From Acidobacteriota bacterium (GTDB taxonomy: Bacteria > Acidobacteriota > JAQAZP01): a stretch of 64,000 nt of DNA. Shown one piece after another: positions 16,198 to 25,070 of the stretch (within the stretch, counting starts at the first letter, position 1; every line of letters begins with the position of its first letter). The stretch spans positions 1,272 through 65,271 of the forward strand of contig JAQAZP010000279.1 of the NCBI GenBank assembly GCA_032127265.1, written 5' to 3'. The position numbers and the translations under genes were made by a program. The notes below the pieces were generated by a model. It was not told the DNA's origin. It made no database searches and saw nothing but the letters and a program-made list of their open reading frames with translations.

Positions 16198-17832
16198 ATG
16201 AACCGTTTTCTTTGCCCGGTTGTTGTGCTGTTGGTCTTTGGCTTTCTTATGTTCACACCATTCGATAGCGCCTCGGCCAGCAACTGGCCATATCCGCGCC
16301 ATGACGCCACCAACCAGGCGGCGGCCACGATCCCCGCCAACTTCGGCAGTGCCCCGTCGCTCAGCTGGTCCTTCGAACTCCAGAACCCCGACGGCGGGGC
16401 CTACCCGGTGGCCGCCGACGTGGAACGTGACGGCCGGATGGAGCTGATCGTCGGCGATGCCACCGGCATCATTTACTGTCTGGACGCGGCGCTGGGCACC
16501 CTCCGCTGGAGCCGGCAGCTGCCGGCCTTTTTCAAGTGGGGCTCCCCGGTTCTGGTGGACCTGGACGGTGACGGCGACCGGGATATCGTGGTGGGCGCCC
16601 GGGACCTCATCGCCCTTGACGGCCCCACCGGCAACACGTTGTGGACGGCGCTTTCCGGGGTGGACATCCTCGGTATGTCGGCCGCCGACCTCACTGGCGA
16701 CGGCACCATTGAAATCTTCTGCACCGATTACCTCAACCCGCGCAACGGCTACCTGGTGCGCGGCGAGGACGGTGCGGTCCTCTGGAGCGTGGTGACCAGC
16801 GGTTCGAACTACAACATTCCCGCCTTCGCCGATCTCGACGGGGACGGAAAGCAGGAGATCCTGTTTACCCGGCACGACAGCGGAGCCACCGAGCGGGTGG
16901 TCTGTCTGCAGGCTTCGGACGGCCGGGAGTTGTGGAGCTATCAGTGCGGGCCTTCGGCCACCCAACAAACGTCGGCCCCGCCCCAGCTGGGCTACATCGC
17001 CGATTTCGGGTACCAGTCGGTGGTGGTGGCTGACTTCGACGGGGATGGACAACTGGAAGTTTCGGCCGGTACCGACCTCAACCACTACCTTTTCGAGGCC
17101 GACGGCACCCTGGTCACCAAGGTGCCCCAGGGTATCCTGGGCACCGGTTTCACCCGGCGGCGCGAATCAAACGGCGAATACACCTTCCGTGACCACCACT
17201 ACCAGATCTACGATCAGGCGGCAGGTGACCTGGACGGCAACGGCACCGTGGACATGGCCTACGGCCTGGTCTCCGACTACATTACCGACTACGACGTGGC
17301 CACCGGTAGCATCGAGGTGGAGTTCCTGGCCTACCGCAATGACGCCCGGGCCATTCGCGCCGACGGGTCCCTCCTCTGGAACTACCACTCCTCGGCCGAC
17401 GGGGCCGGGGTCGGGCGCTGTCGTGACCCGATCATTGCCGATCTCGACAGTTCGGGTGTCCTTGACGTGATTTACGGGTCAGAGGATGGCCACCTCTATG
17501 CCGTGGACGGGAAGTCCGGGCAGCTGCTCTGGCGCCTCCACATCGGCGATTTCGGGTTGAGCCGGGGCAAGATCCTGGTGGACACCGACGGCGACGGATT
17601 CGGCGAGCTGATCGTGGTGGCCGGCCGCCGGGTGATCAAATATGGCGGTCCGCTGGTGGGGGACGTGGACGACTCCGGCCGGGTGGACGGCGTGGACCTG
17701 CAGAGGCTCTCTTGGAGTTTTGGCAGCCAGTCGGACGAAGTGCGCTACCTGGAGAACGCCGACCTGGACCGCAACGGCACGGTTGACGGAGGGGATCTGG
17801 TTATCCTGGCCGGAAACTTCGGCAACCCTTGA
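16198..17832 (+). CDS. Secreted beta-propeller (FG-GAP/PQQ-like repeats) protein with C-terminal dockerin-like module
   Basis: Signal peptide MNRFLCPVVVLLVFGFLMF. Repeated DxDGDGxxE/D calcium-loop motifs (DLDGDGDRDIVVG, DLDGDGKQEILF, DFDGDGQLEV, DTDGDGFGELIVV). The C-terminal tandem segments DVDDSGRVDGVDLQRL and ADLDRNGTVDGGDLVILAGNFG resemble the duplicated dockerin calcium-binding repeats. Confidence 0.65.
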   Translation: MNRFLCPVVVLLVFGFLMFTPFDSASASNWPYPRHDATNQAAATIPANFGSAPSLSWSFELQNPDGGAYPVAADVERDGRMELIVGDATGIIYCLDAALGTLRWSRQLPAFFKWGSPVLVDLDGDGDRDIVVGARDLIALDGPTGNTLWTALSGVDILGMSAADLTGDGTIEIFCTDYLNPRNGYLVRGEDGAVLWSVVTSGSNYNIPAFADLDGDGKQEILFTRHDSGATERVVCLQASDGRELWSYQCGPSATQQTSAPPQLGYIADFGYQSVVVADFDGDGQLEVSAGTDLNHYLFEADGTLVTKVPQGILGTGFTRRRESNGEYTFRDHHYQIYDQAAGDLDGNGTVDMAYGLVSDYITDYDVATGSIEVEFLAYRNDARAIRADGSLLWNYHSSADGAGVGRCRDPIIADLDSSGVLDVIYGSEDGHLYAVDGKSGQLLWRLHIGDFGLSRGKILVDTDGDGFGELIVVAGRRVIKYGGPLVGDVDDSGRVDGVDLQRLSWSFGSQSDEVRYLENADLDRNGTVDGGDLVILAGNFGNP

Positions 17833-18034
17833 GACCTTGTCTTCACGCCGATGGCGGTTTTCCGAACCGCTTCAAAACGCTCACACAGCAGAAGAACCAG
17901 GCTCCGCTTCATCAACAGTATAAACCGTGCCGCGCAGTGCAAAAGAGGTTTCACTGCAGTTTCAGACAAGAGTGATCATGAGATTCAACGCTAAATCGTT
18001 GATTTCAAATACGATAAAATTTTCAGAGTAATGG

Positions 18035-18063
18035 TTGACAAATTTCATAGACTGTATTACATT
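18035..18063 (+). promoter_or_regulatory. Candidate sigma-70 promoter TTGACA-N17-TACATT
   Basis: Found in an AT-rich ~370 bp intergenic island about 140 nt upstream of the 18204 gene, which itself has a GGAGG RBS 8 nt before the ATG. Confidence 0.4.
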
Positions 18064-18203
18064 TGTACCATTCCCGCTGAATTCTCAGGGGGGCAGTTTT
18101 TCCAGACTGTTGGATACCATAGCCAAGGGTTGGCTGAAGAGATCCGCAACCCAGTCTTCCGGCCGGATGCAGGTGGCGGTTTTGCGGAGTTGGAGGAAAA
18201 GAG

Positions 18204-18605
18204 ATGAAAATGAACAAGTTGAAGATTGTGTTTATGATGTGCGTGGTGGCGGTTCTCGCCGTGTCATTTGCCTCGGCGGGCGCCCGGAACCAGATTATCG
18301 CTGAAGTACCGCACGATTTTGTGATCGGTGACACACCGATGCCGGCGGGCAAATACACCTTCGAACGGGGGGGTTCCTATCCGCCGATGATCACCTGCCG
18401 CAATGCCAAGGGCGAAGGCTCCTCGATCATGCACGTGATCACCACCCTGGCCCGGGACGGGATGGGGGAATCGGATGCCAAACTGGTCTTTGACAAGTCC
18501 GAAGGCAAGGTAGAGCTGTCGGAAGTCTGGTTTGCCGGCCAGGACGGATACCTGGTCTGCGGCACCGTGGCGGCGCACACCCATGACGTGTTGAGCGCCA
18601 AGTAA
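18204..18605 (+). CDS. Small secreted protein of unknown function
   Basis: Signal peptide MKMNKLKIVFMMCVVAVLAVSFASA with a strong RBS. A promoter candidate lies upstream and a terminator downstream. No recognisable domain. Confidence 0.55.
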   Translation: MKMNKLKIVFMMCVVAVLAVSFASAGARNQIIAEVPHDFVIGDTPMPAGKYTFERGGSYPPMITCRNAKGEGSSIMHVITTLARDGMGESDAKLVFDKSEGKVELSEVWFAGQDGYLVCGTVAAHTHDVLSAK

Positions 18606-18630
18606 ACGGCTCGAAGTAAGATTACACTGA

Positions 18631-18671
18631 CCGGGCGGAGGCCTCTGGGTGAGGTCCGCCCGGTTTTTTTT
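18631..18671. terminator. Bidirectional Rho-independent terminator between convergent genes
   Basis: Stem ccgggcgga...tccgcccgg is flanked by T8 on the plus strand; A/T flanks permit use on both strands. It sits between the 18204-18605 (+) and 18680-19168 (-) genes. Confidence 0.65.
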
Positions 18672-18679
18672 GGCCGCTA

Positions 18680-19168
18680 CTACTTTTCTTTCCCTGCCGG
18701 ATCTTTTTTCTTTGCCGGGGGGGCAGCTGGAGCCGCCGGCTCAGCCGGTGCTGCCGGTGCCTTTTCCTTGCCGCTCTTCAGCTTCTTCTTATCCGAAGCG
18801 GGAGCCGGGGCCGCCTTGGCGTCATCCGCCGCCTTTTTCGCTGCCCCGCCGGCCGCCATCTTCGCACCCTTCGGCTTCACCGCAGCTGTCCCGGCGGGAT
18901 TCACTTTCTTCTTGTTTCCGCCGGCAGCGTTTAACTTGGCCGGTGCCGCTTTGACCGGAACAGCAGTGGCCGGTGCGGCGCCCTTCAGTGCTTTTTTCTC
19001 ATCGGTTTTCTGTGCCGCTGCCGCTTTCTCCTTGATGGCGTCATCAGCCTTTTTACCCGCCGTCTCCTCTGCTTTCTTCTTTTCCGCCGGGTCGTCAGCC
19101 GACTGGGCCATGGCCAGCCCGCCGGCCAGCATCAGCACGATAAACAGCATCATCATTTTTTTCATCAT
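18680..19168 (-). CDS. Secreted low-complexity Lys/Ala/Pro-rich protein (histone H1-like composition)
   Basis: Signal peptide MMKKMMMLFIVLMLAGGLAMA is followed by ~140 aa of KKAxxAA / PAAPA repeats. The opposite-strand ORF 18768-19202 is a shadow frame. Confidence 0.5.
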   Translation of the reverse strand: MMKKMMMLFIVLMLAGGLAMAQSADDPAEKKKAEETAGKKADDAIKEKAAAAQKTDEKKALKGAAPATAVPVKAAPAKLNAAGGNKKKVNPAGTAAVKPKGAKMAAGGAAKKAADDAKAAPAPASDKKKLKSGKEKAPAAPAEPAAPAAPPAKKKDPAGKEK

Positions 19169-19282
19169 CGTCGTTCCCTTTCCATGGTTCATCCCTGGGT
19201 GATTCGATAAGGATGGCACGAATGCCCTACCAACGAATGATAGCGCGATCGGACCATCGACAGCGGATAATTGATCAGTGGA

Positions 19283-20866
19283 TCACCTCCGAGCAAAAAA
19301 AGCGGCATGGTTCGATGTGAATGTGGGCGGATCATGGTGGAGGATCCGCCGGATTTCATGGTGCTTGCGAAAAGTGCCGTCAAGAAAGCGCCGGACGTCC
19401 GGACGATTCCAGCCCCCGGGGTGGGTGAAATCGCGGTAGAGCGCCAGGTCGCCCGGGTAGAATTCTCCCACGGCAAGCCCTTCCGCCTCCGGACTGCCCA
19501 GCGGCAGGTTGAAGATGGCCAGGTTGAGAAAGGAGATGGCCTTCCGGTTCTGCAGGACGAAGCGCCAGGTTTCCTCCGCTTCGGCCCGGCTCTCGGCCGG
19601 CGTGCCGAAGAGCAGATAGAGGTAGACGGAGATGCCCGCTTGACGGAGGTTTTCCATTACCCTCGATACCTTGTGGAGAACAATCCCCTTGCCCAGGGCA
19701 TCCAGTACCTGCTGCGATCCCGACTCGAGCCCCAGCTTGAGCATCAGACAACCGGATTCCGCCAGCCGGGAGCAGAATTCGGGATCGTCCAGCGGATCGC
19801 CGATCCTGGCAAAGCCGTACCACGGGGCGCCCGGAGGGTGGTCGGCCAGCTGCCGGAGAATGACCGGCGGCACGGCGTTGTCCAGCAAGTGGATCAGCGA
19901 GGGATCGGTCTCTTTAACCAGGGTGCGCAGCTGCTCCCTCACCGTGCGGCGGGGCAGCGGCTCGTACCGCCGCTCTTCGGACCGTTCGGGGCAGAATGTG
20001 CAGCGGTTCCACCAGCAGCCGTCGGACGTGCTGAAGGGGAGGATGAAACCCGGGCTCAGGTATTCCTTGTCTTTGAACCCGAGGTAGTCGGGAGGCGTGT
20101 GCCCGTCTCTCACGTCGAGACCGGCCGCAGCCAGAACAGCCGCTTCGCCCTGCCCGTCCACCAGCTGATCAACCAGCCCCTCGAAGCGGTCGGTCCATCC
20201 GGGACGCCTCAGCCAGGAGGTGACCAGTCCTCCGCCGAGAATGATTCTCAGCCCGGAAACCTCCCGCTTCAGCAGGCCGATCATGGCAAAAGCGGAGAGG
20301 GCCTGGGATAGGTAGTTTATTGAAATTCCCACCACCGGCGGCTGATATTCATTCACCTGCGGCAGAAGCTGTTCGATGAAGTAGCCGTGGAAGGGATTGC
20401 GCTCCGGTTCCCTGGCCGCGGTAAGGAGATCGGCGGAGCGCACGGGTGAGAGCCTCGTATCCGAGTAATTGGCCAGCCCGGCACGGATCCCATCACTTTT
20501 GCCGGCCAGGGACAGCAGCCGTTCGAGATCGGACACGGCCCGGCCGTAGCGATCGTGGTTTTCGTATGTGCCGGGGGTTCTCAGGGCCGTGAGGTGCCGG
20601 TCGCGGTGTCCCAGGGCGCGACGGGACCAGGTGTCGTCCGCGGGTGCCGCTTTCTCCAGTAACCAGAGCAGTCCCTCCAGGTTGGCGTCGATCACCCGGC
20701 AGGGGGCGCCGTGGGCCCGCAGTGCTCCGGCCAGCCGGGCGATGCCGGCCGGCGGTTCGGAGGGTTTGGCCACTGGTGGATGAACCAGCAGGATCAGATG
20801 GTCAGTGGATGCGGAAATCTGTAAACTCCTTGTCCTGCGGCAGGTCCTCCAGTTCCACACTGTCAA
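19283..20866 (-). CDS. B12-binding-domain radical SAM protein
   Basis: N-terminal HLILLVHPP Rossmann-like start and YENHDRY-containing region typical of the cobalamin-binding domain. Radical SAM cluster motif CWWNRCTFC (CxxxCxxC). The start is uncertain: the TTG at 20866 lies inside the upstream acyP coding region. Confidence 0.75.
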   Translation of the reverse strand: MTVWNWRTCRRTRSLQISASTDHLILLVHPPVAKPSEPPAGIARLAGALRAHGAPCRVIDANLEGLLWLLEKAAPADDTWSRRALGHRDRHLTALRTPGTYENHDRYGRAVSDLERLLSLAGKSDGIRAGLANYSDTRLSPVRSADLLTAAREPERNPFHGYFIEQLLPQVNEYQPPVVGISINYLSQALSAFAMIGLLKREVSGLRIILGGGLVTSWLRRPGWTDRFEGLVDQLVDGQGEAAVLAAAGLDVRDGHTPPDYLGFKDKEYLSPGFILPFSTSDGCWWNRCTFCPERSEERRYEPLPRRTVREQLRTLVKETDPSLIHLLDNAVPPVILRQLADHPPGAPWYGFARIGDPLDDPEFCSRLAESGCLMLKLGLESGSQQVLDALGKGIVLHKVSRVMENLRQAGISVYLYLLFGTPAESRAEAEETWRFVLQNRKAISFLNLAIFNLPLGSPEAEGLAVGEFYPGDLALYRDFTHPGGWNRPDVRRFLDGTFRKHHEIRRILHHDPPTFTSNHAAFFARR

Positions 20867-21071
20867 CCGCGGCCATTGGCGGCCCGTTCCTGGCCCAGCG
20901 GAGGAGTTGGTTCACGCCCGCGTCTTCCCCTTCGGCCACCAGCTCCACCCGGCCGTCCACCAGGTTGCGCACCGTTCCGCGAACCCCGTATTCCAGGGCT
21001 TTCTCCAGTGTGGAGGCCCGGAACCAGACACCCTGTACCCTTCCCGAGATGATCGCCCTGACTCTTTTCAT
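20802..21071 (-). CDS. acyP: Acylphosphatase
   Basis: ~89 aa with the acylphosphatase signatures VRAIISGRVQGVWFR and GxVxNxxDGRVE (GVRGTVRNLVDGRVELVAEGE). Confidence 0.75.
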   Translation of the reverse strand: MKRVRAIISGRVQGVWFRASTLEKALEYGVRGTVRNLVDGRVELVAEGEDAGVNQLLRWARNGPPMAAVDSVELEDLPQDKEFTDFRIH

Positions 21072-21103
21072 CGCTTCAATCCGGTGACGGTGTTCGAAAT
21101 GCC

Positions 21104-21745
21104 CTATTTCTCCGGTAACAGGGTCAGCAGCAGATGCCACGGCCCCTCGCTGCCCATGGCCCCCTGGTCGATACCCAGACTTTCGGCCAGCACCCGCCCT
21201 TCTTCGGGGCGAAAGAAATCCGCCACCACCACCTGCGTGCCGGCTTTCAAGCCCTTGATCTTCTCCATCTCGTGGCTCAGGATCAGCGGCGGATCCCCTT
21301 CATTGTGCTTCCCCGTCAGCGGGTCAATAAAACTCAGGTTGTACTCCAACCCGACGAAAACCAGGTCGTCGACCTCCTGCAGCACCCGCAGTTCAATCTG
21401 CAGACCGAGGTTCTGGTAGCTGTAGCTGATCCGCGGGATTGCCTGGCCCGTGGCATCCATCGCCTCGGCGGGGTTGAAGGTGGTGGTGGGGATCGGTGCC
21501 TTGGAGCCGCAGTGGAAGTGGATCTTCTCCCGCTCGATGCAGCTGAGCTCGATGGTGCGCACTGTGCGGCCAGGCCCTGCCCCACCTGGGGCGGCCACCG
21601 CCAGTTGAAAAGCGTATTCCTTGATCGTGCGTCCGCGGGGGGACGGGTTCCGTCCTTCCTGGGCCGCCGACGGCAAAACCACTGCCGCGGCCAGCAGCAG
21701 GGCCAGTCCCATGACGGCAATACAGTTGATCCACCTGATGCGCAT
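21104..21745 (-). CDS. Secreted protein of unknown function
   Basis: Signal peptide MRIRWINCIAVMGLALLLAAAVVLPSAAQ. The upstream portion of the listed ORF (Cys/Trp/Arg-rich) looks non-coding, so the start is taken at Met 21745. Confidence 0.45.
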   Translation of the reverse strand: MRIRWINCIAVMGLALLLAAAVVLPSAAQEGRNPSPRGRTIKEYAFQLAVAAPGGAGPGRTVRTIELSCIEREKIHFHCGSKAPIPTTTFNPAEAMDATGQAIPRISYSYQNLGLQIELRVLQEVDDLVFVGLEYNLSFIDPLTGKHNEGDPPLILSHEMEKIKGLKAGTQVVVADFFRPEEGRVLAESLGIDQGAMGSEGPWHLLLTLLPEK

Positions 21746-21812
21746 TGATTCCTCCATTGTGAACGCGGGTCGTCTTGCTGAATACCGCTTACGGAACGAG
21801 GGCCCGTGGCGT

Positions 21813-22613
21813 CTACGGCCGCCGGCAGCGGAAATACCAGCCACAGGCGGCGAAGCGGGGCAGTTTGTCGGCCAGGGCCATGTCCAGTGATTCCAGCGGC
21901 CAGAGCAGCCCGGACCAGCGGCGGCAGAGCGAGAAGGGGAAGACCGGTGCGAGAACGCATGAACGTCCTTCCGGGGGCAGCACTTCCAGCCCGTTCTCTT
22001 CCAGCAGCCGCACGATGGAGCGAAAGGTGAACTGCTGAATGTGCCGCTCCCCTTTGGGATACGGCGCCGGTACGGGAAGCCGGTGGCGCAGCACCGGTAA
22101 GCGGCCCACGGCCAATCGCAGGCGACGCAGCAGCGCCGGCGCCAGCCGCAGCGGATTCCAACGGTAGGCCAGCAGTTCCCAGGGACCGTAGCCGTTGGGA
22201 ACCGTGATAACCGCAAGGCCTCCCGGTTCGGTGAGGGCGACGATCCTTTGCACCATTTCCGCCGGCTGCTCCAGGTGCTCCAGCACCTCGGAGCAGATCA
22301 CCACCGGAAAACGCACTTCCGGCTTCCAGCCCTCCATATCCCGGTTGACGAATTCAGCGTGCTCATAGGGGTTTCGTTCCCGGGCCGCCTCGGCCTTGGC
22401 CCGGTCGATCTCCACCCCGAGCACCGGGAACCCGGCCTCGGCCAGGGAGAGCGAGACATTGCCTGTGTTGCAGCCGATTTCCAGCACCCTCACCGTTTCG
22501 GGAGATCGTCTGTGCCGTCCTGCTTCAAGCAGGGCCGCCCCGACGATGAAATCCATCTTCTTCAGGTAGGTCAGGTTGCGGATCGTGCTGTGAGGGTAGC
22601 GGCGGCGGTCCAT
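21813..22613 (-). CDS. Class I SAM-dependent methyltransferase
   Basis: Motif I VLEIGCNTG and motif post-I/II (VVICSEVLEHL) are present. Length is 266 aa. Confidence 0.65.
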   Translation of the reverse strand: MDRRRYPHSTIRNLTYLKKMDFIVGAALLEAGRHRRSPETVRVLEIGCNTGNVSLSLAEAGFPVLGVEIDRAKAEAARERNPYEHAEFVNRDMEGWKPEVRFPVVICSEVLEHLEQPAEMVQRIVALTEPGGLAVITVPNGYGPWELLAYRWNPLRLAPALLRRLRLAVGRLPVLRHRLPVPAPYPKGERHIQQFTFRSIVRLLEENGLEVLPPEGRSCVLAPVFPFSLCRRWSGLLWPLESLDMALADKLPRFAACGWYFRCRRP

Positions 22614-22781
22614 GGTTCTCCATCCCGGGTACCCCGTTTCGGGGCTCTTACCGCGGGAACCCTTCCCGCGGGAGGATCAATGGTAACCGGGCGGAGGAGC
22701 ACGGTATCCACCCTTCATACCAGGCATCGACGGGTAAATAGCCCTGGTCCTGAGGCGAAAAAGCCGCGGCCCGGCCAGGGG

Positions 22782-23162
22782 TCAGACCCCGTGACAGAAA
22801 AGATAGACCCAGTTTATCAGAAAGACCGCGGGCAGGCCCAGCCGCAGGGTCCAGCGGGCTGCGTGGTTCTCCAGGCGGACCCGGGGCCGCGGCAGCCGGA
22901 ACACCACCAGTGCCAAGGCATAGAGCAGGTAGGCCACGGTGAGGATGCAGAGCACCGCCCCCAGGGGGTTGAGGCTGAAGGCCTCGGCGAACTCCAGGCG
23001 CACCACGTGGCGGAAGCTGCGGGTCATCCCGCAGGTCAGGCAGGGGATGCCGGTGAGGGAGTGGAAGGGGCACTTGTACCAGTCGGTGAGCCCCGGCGGC
23101 ACCAGCCGGGCCACCGCGAGGACGAACAGCCCCACGCCGCCCCAGATCAGTTCGTGGTCCAT
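22782..23162 (-). CDS. DUF2752-like small membrane protein
   Basis: CPFHSLTGIPCLTCGMTR motif plus three hydrophobic helices. The start is taken at MDHELIW; the upstream part of the listed ORF lacks coding character. Confidence 0.5.
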   Translation of the reverse strand: MDHELIWGGVGLFVLAVARLVPPGLTDWYKCPFHSLTGIPCLTCGMTRSFRHVVRLEFAEAFSLNPLGAVLCILTVAYLLYALALVVFRLPRPRVRLENHAARWTLRLGLPAVFLINWVYLFCHGV

Positions 23163-23235
23163 GCCCGGCTCATCCGAGCCGGGCCGCCAGTAATAAAGTC
23201 GCACGTGAGCCTCAGAAAAGGTTGCGGGGCCGATT

Positions 23236-23994
23236 TTACCTCTCGGCCAGGCCGGCCAGCACGCCCGCGCCAATACCGAAGAACATGAGAACGGCGATAC
23301 AGCCGCAGCAGAGCAGCAGCGGCAGCAGCACCGCGGCCAGCGCCCGGCCGGTGGTGGTTTCGTGCATCTCCCTCGAGCCGATCACCTCGGCCACGATGGC
23401 CCAGATGCCGCCGATCAGACCGCCGCAGAAAGGCAGCAGCTGGAAGAACGCGGTGGCGCCGGCGGCGTAGCAGACCACCCGCAAGGTGGCCTCGAAGCCG
23501 TTTCGCGCCCCGCCGGTGAGCAGCAGGCAAACGTGGAGGATTGCCGAGGAGATGAATGTGCCGATGAGCACGAAAACCGGCGAAAGAACGGCAATAAAGA
23601 GGATCAGGCCGGAGGAAAAGAGCAGTTCGTGCACGGCTTCGTTCTGGGACAGGATCCCCAGGCTCTGCAGCATGAAGTTCCAGAACAGGCCGCCGAGGAC
23701 ACCGACGGTGCCCAGCAGTACGGCAAAGAGGAGCGGCGATCCCAGATCGCCCGAGGTCTTCATCCGCCGGAAGGTGGCGGAGGGCTCGAAGAGCACACCG
23801 CGGATCATCTCGAACATCGCCGGAAAATCGAGGAAGGAGGAACGGCGTTCCCAGGCGCAATCCCCCCGGGGGGTTTCCATCTGCCGGGCCGGGCCGTGAC
23901 CGCTCCCGCCAAACCCGGGGACTTTTCCGCAGAAGGGGCACTGGCCCTGCCCGTCCATGGCATTGAATTCGTTTCCGCACTGATCACAAGTCAC
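23236..23994 (-). CDS. Membrane protein with N-terminal zinc-ribbon and Yip1-like multi-TM domain
   Basis: N-terminal CDQCGNEF...CPFCG zinc ribbon, followed by five hydrophobic helices. Confidence 0.5.
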   Translation of the reverse strand: MTCDQCGNEFNAMDGQGQCPFCGKVPGFGGSGHGPARQMETPRGDCAWERRSSFLDFPAMFEMIRGVLFEPSATFRRMKTSGDLGSPLLFAVLLGTVGVLGGLFWNFMLQSLGILSQNEAVHELLFSSGLILFIAVLSPVFVLIGTFISSAILHVCLLLTGGARNGFEATLRVVCYAAGATAFFQLLPFCGGLIGGIWAIVAEVIGSREMHETTTGRALAAVLLPLLLCCGCIAVLMFFGIGAGVLAGLAER

Positions 23995-24182
23995 TGTTCA
24001 GCCCTCCTGAGTCCCGATTCACCCGTGCCGCCCTATTTTACATAATTATGCTGCCGGGGGTAGATAGCGCGTATTCATGCTGGAATGTCCTCTGTTGATG
24101 AAACCCAAACCTGCACCTTAGCGTAAAATAAAGGACTTCCCCGCCGCTTGCAGGGGAAAATCCAGGGAGAGGACTCAATAAA

Positions 24183-25070
24183 ATGACTATCACCATCCGG
24201 GACCTGACCAAAACCTACAAGGGCGGCGTGACGGCCCTCGAGGGGGTCAACGTGGAGATCCCCGCCGGCATGTTCGGCCTGCTGGGCCCCAACGGGGCCG
24301 GCAAGAGCACGATGATAAAGATTCTGGCCACCCTGCTCGAGCCCACCTCGGGCGAAGTGAGTATCGACGGCCTCGACGTCTCGAAGGACCGGCGGAAGAT
24401 CCGTTCGCGGCTGGGCTACCTGCCCCAGGAATTCGGGGTCTACCCCAAGATGAAGGCCCGGGAGTTCCTCGACTTCGTAGCCCGCCTCAACGGCATGCCG
24501 AAGAACGGGCGGGACAAGCGGGTGGACGAGATGCTGGAGAAGGTGGGGCTGGCCGATGCCGCCCGGCGCAAGGTCAAGGCCCTCTCCGGCGGCATGCTGC
24601 GGCGGCTGGGCATCGCCCAGGCGCTGATCAGCGACCCGAAGCTGCTCATCGTCGACGAGCCAACCGTGGGCCTCGACCCTGAAGAGCGGATCCGCTTCCG
24701 CGGCCTGCTCCAGGACATCGGCAAGGAGATCGTGATCATCCTCTCCACCCACATCGTGGGCGACATCTCCAGCACCTGCGAAAACCTGGTGATCCTGGAC
24801 AAGGGCAAGGTACTCTACCGCGGCTCGCCGCCGGAACTCGCCGCCAAGGCCGAGGGAAAAACCTGGGAGACGGTGGCCGAGGAGAAGGACCTGCCGGAAA
24901 TCAAGCGGCACTTCAGCGTGATCAGCACCGCCCCGCGGGGCGACCGGCTGCACCTTCGTCTGGTGGGCGAGGGGTCGGCCAACGGCCTGGAGCTGAAACC
25001 GGTGAACCCGAACCTGGAAGACGCCTATATCAACTTCATGGGCGGGCTGGAGGAGGAGAAAAATGATTGA
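24183..25070 (+). CDS. ABC transporter ATP-binding protein (ABC-2 subfamily type)
   Basis: Walker A GPNGAGKST, ABC signature LSGGMLRRLG, Walker B LLIVDEP and H-loop STHIV are all present. An RBS precedes the ATG. Confidence 0.85.
   Translation: MTITIRDLTKTYKGGVTALEGVNVEIPAGMFGLLGPNGAGKSTMIKILATLLEPTSGEVSIDGLDVSKDRRKIRSRLGYLPQEFGVYPKMKAREFLDFVARLNGMPKNGRDKRVDEMLEKVGLADAARRKVKALSGGMLRRLGIAQALISDPKLLIVDEPTVGLDPEERIRFRGLLQDIGKEIVIILSTHIVGDISSTCENLVILDKGKVLYRGSPPELAAKAEGKTWETVAEEKDLPEIKRHFSVISTAPRGDRLHLRLVGEGSANGLELKPVNPNLEDAYINFMGGLEEEKND

Noticed and set aside
17940-17975. Short hairpin gcagtg...cactgc after the dockerin-protein gene as a terminator
   Set aside because: The stem is only 6 bp with a 14-nt loop and there is no U-tract.
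18768-19202. Plus-strand 144-aa ORF opposite the Lys/Ala-rich gene
   Set aside because: It has no RBS or start context. The minus-strand frame has a textbook signal peptide and start.
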